From Amoebidium appalachense (taxonomy: Eukaryota; Protista; Ichthyosporea), in NCBI GenBank assembly GCA_963693365.1, contig CAVNZM010000008.1:4922310-4986309 (forward strand): a stretch of 64,000 nt of DNA. Reading direction: 5' to 3'. The notes under the pieces are model-generated. The model was not told the origin of the DNA and did not search any database. It saw nothing but the letters and a program-made list of their open reading frames with translations. The position numbers and the translations under genes were made by a program. This document shows, piece by piece, positions 59,696 to 64,000 of the stretch (its first letter is position 1; each line of letters opens with the position of its first letter).

Positions 59696-59916
59696 GGGCC
59701 TGGGGGGGGGGGTACCCCACCACCCCGGCCAGGCTCTTATATAGTACTATAAGTACTATATAGTACTATATGTTCACATATGAGGGGGGAGGGGGGGGGT
59801 ACCCACCACCCGCCGAGGGGACGGGTCCCCCCCCCCCGCCTCCCCCCGTACCCACCTCCCCCCTAACCTCCGAAACTTTCTACTACCCCCTCCCCGGTTT
59901 CAAAATCAACGCTCCC
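59570..59916. mobile_element. PIF/Harbinger-like (Tourist-type) MITE
   Basis: ~50-bp imperfect TIRs GGGAACATTGATTTTGAACCCAGGG / CCCCGGTTTCAAAATCAACGCTCCC flanked by TTA on both sides. Three internal GGGGTACCC(N)CCACCC repeats. Confidence 0.75.
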
Positions 59917-60177
59917 TTAATAGACGGCTAGCGGCGCGTGAGCTAAGAGCTTTATCTATCACAAGCTATCAAGTGCCACGCACCGCCGGGTCATTGCATA
60001 TTATTTATACCAGTGTTACATAGTAGTTAGTCTTAGCACTGGTGTCTAGACAATCCATACGCCTGCTGTATTATTCTAAAGAAAGAACAAAAAACACCGA
60101 GAAACGCGCATATGTATGTCATGGTATACAGTAGAGAGTTCCCAGGCCTGGATAAAACCCCGGATATAACTTGGTTG

Positions 60178-60232
60178 CACGTGGCACATGTGACTGCACG
60201 TGCATCAACTAGTAGATCCCAGGCCTATAAAA
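60178..60232 (+). promoter_or_regulatory. E-box cluster plus TATA box
   Basis: CACGTG (60178), CACATG (60185), CACGTG (60197) and TATAAAA (60226), ~90 bp upstream of the ATG at 60314. Confidence 0.45.
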
Positions 60233-60313
60233 AGGCCCACTCCGCCCACAATACGCCCAGATCCCCTCACATACAGGATTTCCGAACATAGCTATAATTA
60301 TAATTATAAGAAA

Positions 60314-60943
60314 ATGACGTCCGACTCTAAGCCTCAGCAGCACGCCACCCTCCGGGGTGCTGGCATGTTCCTGTTCGGCGCCCTCTTCCTTGTGGGGGCC
60401 ATCTGCATCTACGTGGGCGGCCAGGCTTTAGACGCCATCGGATATCTTTTCCTCTTTGGGGGCTGCTCTCTCTTTGTCGTTGACGTGTGCGACTACCTTA
60501 CTGCAAAGGCTGCAAGTGAATCCACACCCCTCTACAACTCATACCTCTCCATGGTGGGAAGTCTCCTCTTTGCTGTTGCTGGCATTGGGTACATCCCGCA
60601 GATTTACGCAAACAGCCCCGAATACCCCCTGTGGACGTTTGTTGCTGGCGGCATTGTGGTGGGTTTTGCTGAGCTGTGGAAGATCCAGCGTCTGTTTGCG
60701 TCTGGCCAAAGCAAGAGTGTTCTTTCTCTCTATGTTGCTGTTCCCTCCTCTATCTCCCTGGGTGCGTGGTTGATCTTCATTGCCGAGGTGCTTGGCTACG
60801 CAAACCCCCAGCCCGACGTCTCCAACGCCCTGTGGATGACGGCCACGTGTCTGTTCTTTGTTGCTGCTCTCGTCTACGACTACCGTGTGTTCGTGGTGGA
60901 GAAGAAGGCCGGGGAGACAGGAAATGCATCCCAGTCTGTGTAA
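60314..60943 (+). CDS. Intronless six-TM membrane protein, YrhK-like repeats
   Basis: 209-aa ORF with GC3-rich coding-like codons and three helical-hairpin repeats (GALFLVGA..GYLFLFGG; GSLLFAVAG..LWTFVAGG; GAWLIFIAE..ALWMTAT). The family assignment is from motif resemblance only. Confidence 0.75.
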   Translation: MTSDSKPQQHATLRGAGMFLFGALFLVGAICIYVGGQALDAIGYLFLFGGCSLFVVDVCDYLTAKAASESTPLYNSYLSMVGSLLFAVAGIGYIPQIYANSPEYPLWTFVAGGIVVGFAELWKIQRLFASGQSKSVLSLYVAVPSSISLGAWLIFIAEVLGYANPQPDVSNALWMTATCLFFVAALVYDYRVFVVEKKAGETGNASQSV

Positions 60944-61186
60944 TATGATAGTTCCTGTAATCATTTCAGTGTTGCAGAGAGAAATAATTGGGTCACCGTA
61001 TAATCATAGTTTCCGAGCTGTTGTCACGGTTGAAATTGAATGAATGGAGAAGAAATGATATCGTACACTGATATATATATATTATTTGACCTGGAGCATT
61101 ACATGTTGCTGTGTAATTCTCTGTATCCGCCTACACTCTTTTTACTTACAGGCAATAAAACGATATTTGTTATAGTATGTAACTCG

Positions 61187-61294
61187 CCGGGCCTCGTGTA
61201 TAGGAAAAACTGCATGCACCGTGCAACCTGCACACCTGCACCGGGCCTCGTGTATAGGAAAAACTGCATGCACCGTGCAACCTGCACACCTGCA
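61187..61294 (+). repeat. Perfect 54-bp tandem duplication
   Basis: CCGGGCCTCGTGTATAGGAAAAACTGCATGCACCGTGCAACCTGCACACCTGCA twice. Confidence 0.95.
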
Positions 61295-61652
61295 CGCAGG
61301 GACCCAATCACGATGACTTTATAGTGGTGCAAGTTTATTGGCCAAAAAAAGATAAAAATAAAAATAAAAAATAAAAATGAAATTGAATCCGTATGAATAC
61401 CGTCGGCTTGCAGTCAATGAATGTGCCGCCGTTGAAAAAAAAAAGGAAAAGAAAGAAGAAATTAATGGACCCCCCCCCCCCCCCCCCCGTGGCACCCCCC
61501 ACCACCACCTTGTTTCTAACTCCGGAATCCCTAACTTGAACAGTAGCTATTTTGCAGCAGCCAAATTCTCTACATGCATCTCTCCTTTCTTAATCATACT
61601 TTCCGTGGCAACACCAACCACTTTCACAACCACCTCCTCTCCTGGCTCCTGT

Positions 61653-62066
61653 TCACTCCACACCACTTCCCCCACACGCTTCTTTGCCCTTGCCATGGCC
61701 CCTTTCTGACATTCCTTCGTTGAGCTTCAGAAAATCTTCACTGTTCGTATCGGATTCCACCCTGCCGACGCGTACGTCAGTATCCTTATCACCTGTGTGT
61801 GCACTGACGACGCGTGTGTTGGCGTTACACGGTGTGCTGTCTGTTTGAGCGAGGGGATGTGTTCCGGGGGTACTCTGGTCGGTCACGTTGGGGACTGGGT
61901 TTGAGTTTTGTGCGGTCGTTGCAGCCGCTCCTGCCCAGGCAGCAGCAAGCTGTGCTATGCGCTCTTGCAACGCCTGTTGCCGCAAAAAGTCAAGCTGTCC
62001 AACGTAGTAGGGCGAGTTTGGACGGTTGTGCCGCCATTTGCGCTTACGGTCTGCCCCTTTGCCCAT
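61653..62066 (-). CDS. Hypothetical protein (possibly frameshifted near 61670)
   Basis: Non-repetitive ORF MGKGADRKRKWRHNRPNSPYY...; no recognisable domain. Another frame stays open to ~61547. Confidence 0.3.
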   Translation of the reverse strand: MGKGADRKRKWRHNRPNSPYYVGQLDFLRQQALQERIAQLAAAWAGAAATTAQNSNPVPNVTDQSTPGTHPLAQTDSTPCNANTRVVSAHTGDKDTDVRVGRVESDTNSEDFLKLNEGMSERGHGKGKEACGGSGVE

Positions 62067-62929
62067 TGCAACTAGGGTATGGGATGCCGGGAAGAGAGGG
62101 GGAGGGGATTTGAAAGGGACGGAGGGAAGCTGCACTGGTGGTTGTTGCTGTAGCCCTCTGAGAAGGAAATGTGAAGCTCGAGAGCTTGAAAGGAGTATTT
62201 GAACTGCCCCCCAAAACTTGAATTAACATTTTTTGGGCTACGTAGTGTACGTAGGGGGCCTAGTGACCCGGATAATTGAGTATGTATCTCAGTAATACTT
62301 CAAAGTTTTCCTCTCCTTTCTTTATTTCTTTGTGCCGTACAGTTTAGTAACTAGCTGTATATGTACAAACGCGTCCTATTATGTCTGCTGTGCCCTACAG
62401 CCGCATTCTCAGAAGCTGACAACAGCACGGAAAAAGAAAAAAAAAAAAAACTTGCAGAACTTCAGCTAATCAACGAATCACTGACCGGTCAAAGTTCTTC
62501 GACACATGTGTGGGGCCTGTCACTGCTGTCAGCAGTATCTTTGCCAATGCAAAGTTTCGCAGCTCATTTGAACTGTCAAAAAAAAAAAAAAAAAAAAAAA
62601 AAGGAACATAGGAAAAGAAAAGAGTTGGTGTTCGTGTGCAGCGTTCTACGTGGCAGCATGTTGGCCGATAAATCACGTGGCTCCTGAGGACCTTCAAGGG
62701 TTGGGCCCGGGCCATATGAAGTGATGGCGCAATTTGATAAGCCGTATTTGGCAGGTCTTTAAACAGCAAAAACTTGTAGAAACTTATAACTTTAAGATAG
62801 CGCATCTAGTGATCACGTGAAGGTTTGAAATAAACAGCTTTAAATCGAGACATGTACACCCACACACACACCCACTTACTAACCTCCTCCTCCTCCTCCT
62901 CCCCTCCCCCCTCCCCCCCACCCTGCCTG

Positions 62930-63008
<79 letters not shown>

Positions 63009-63074
63009 ACACACCCACCCACCCACACACACACACTCTCTCTCTCTCCCCCCCCCCCCCCCCCCCCCCCCCCC

Positions 63075-63106
<32 letters not shown>

Positions 63107-63264
63107 ACGCTTTCCACCTAACACACACGTACATACACATACCTCCACCACCACCTCAAAAAAAAAAAAAAAAAAGAGCCAGTGGCCTACATCCATGAGC
63201 TTCGGAAAATAATAGGTTTTAGCAGAAAAAGACCGGCTGGCCAATGGAGGGATGGGGTGTGTGT

Positions 63265-63322
<58 letters not shown>

Positions 63323-63519
63323 GCGGCCCGAGCTGCATTGGGCGCACGCGCGCGCGCGCGCGCGCGCGTGTGTGTGTGTGTGTATGTGTGTGTATGTGTG
63401 TGTATGTGTGTGTGTGTGTGTGTGCGTGCGCGCACGCACGAGCGTAGGTGCCCGTGTGTGTGTGTGTGTGTGTGTGTGTAGTTGGGGGGGTGGTGGTGGT
63501 GGTGGGCACCGTGGTGGTG

Positions 63520-63586
<67 letters not shown>

Positions 63587-64000
63587 GGGGGGGGGGGTCT
63601 TAACGCGTGTCAAGCGCTGGTTCATCCCGATCAACTTCTGGCATTCAAATTCTTAATCTTAAGACGAACAAGCACGGTGATATGCATCTGGACCGTCATA
63701 GAGCAAAATGTTAAAGGAACCTGCTGGGTGCAACTTGGTAGATAGTTTCCTACGGATTTTGGTCAATAAGTAAGCTATGGTCAATGTGAAGCCATATTCC
63801 GGCCTTTTTTGTTGTTGTTTTGTTTCAGCTACAAATAAAACAGCAGGCATATTTCACATTATAACGATATTCTATTCAGATTAAGTACTATCAACGAGAA
63901 CCACACATGCCTGCATGTGTTCTACGTCTTGGCAATAACCATGGACATCGATAACACAAACTACGTGTGAGTATACATGAACCGACAATCGCATTGCAAA

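Noticed and set aside
62361-63850. Exon-like fragments at the right end
   Set aside because: Frames contain stops and lack consistent splice sites; no gene can be built.

Overview
Eukaryotic, intron-rich genomic DNA saturated with (CA/GT)n, (GA/TC)n and poly-C/poly-G tracts, so most ORFs in the six-frame track are microsatellite artefacts. The gene content (Mnt/Mxd bHLHZ with SID, QDPR with animal-like exon layout, TSP1 and PAN domains) suggests a unicellular holozoan such as an ichthyosporean; this is inference only. Genes reconstructed by hand from splice signals and phase: a secreted Cys-rich/polyPro/PAN protein (-, runs off the left edge), an Mnt/Mxd-like repressor (-), QDPR (-), a GPI-type surface protein with three uncharacterised repeats plus TSP1 (+), a CS-domain/Sel1-repeat protein (-) divergent from mitochondrial uL1/MRPL1 (+), a frameshifted OTU-CXC gene (-) and an intronless 6-TM YrhK-like gene (+). 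There are also several MITEs and a truncated LINE 3' end. The most notable unexplained feature is a multi-copy, always intron-sense element. It has a ~160-nt structured RNA core with pairing-preserving substitutions and a conserved kink-turn-like motif, followed by a 3' tail ending in poly-C, and most copies are in MRPL1 introns. A second notable pattern is that many splice acceptors are preceded by (CA)n or minisatellites instead of a U-rich tract.
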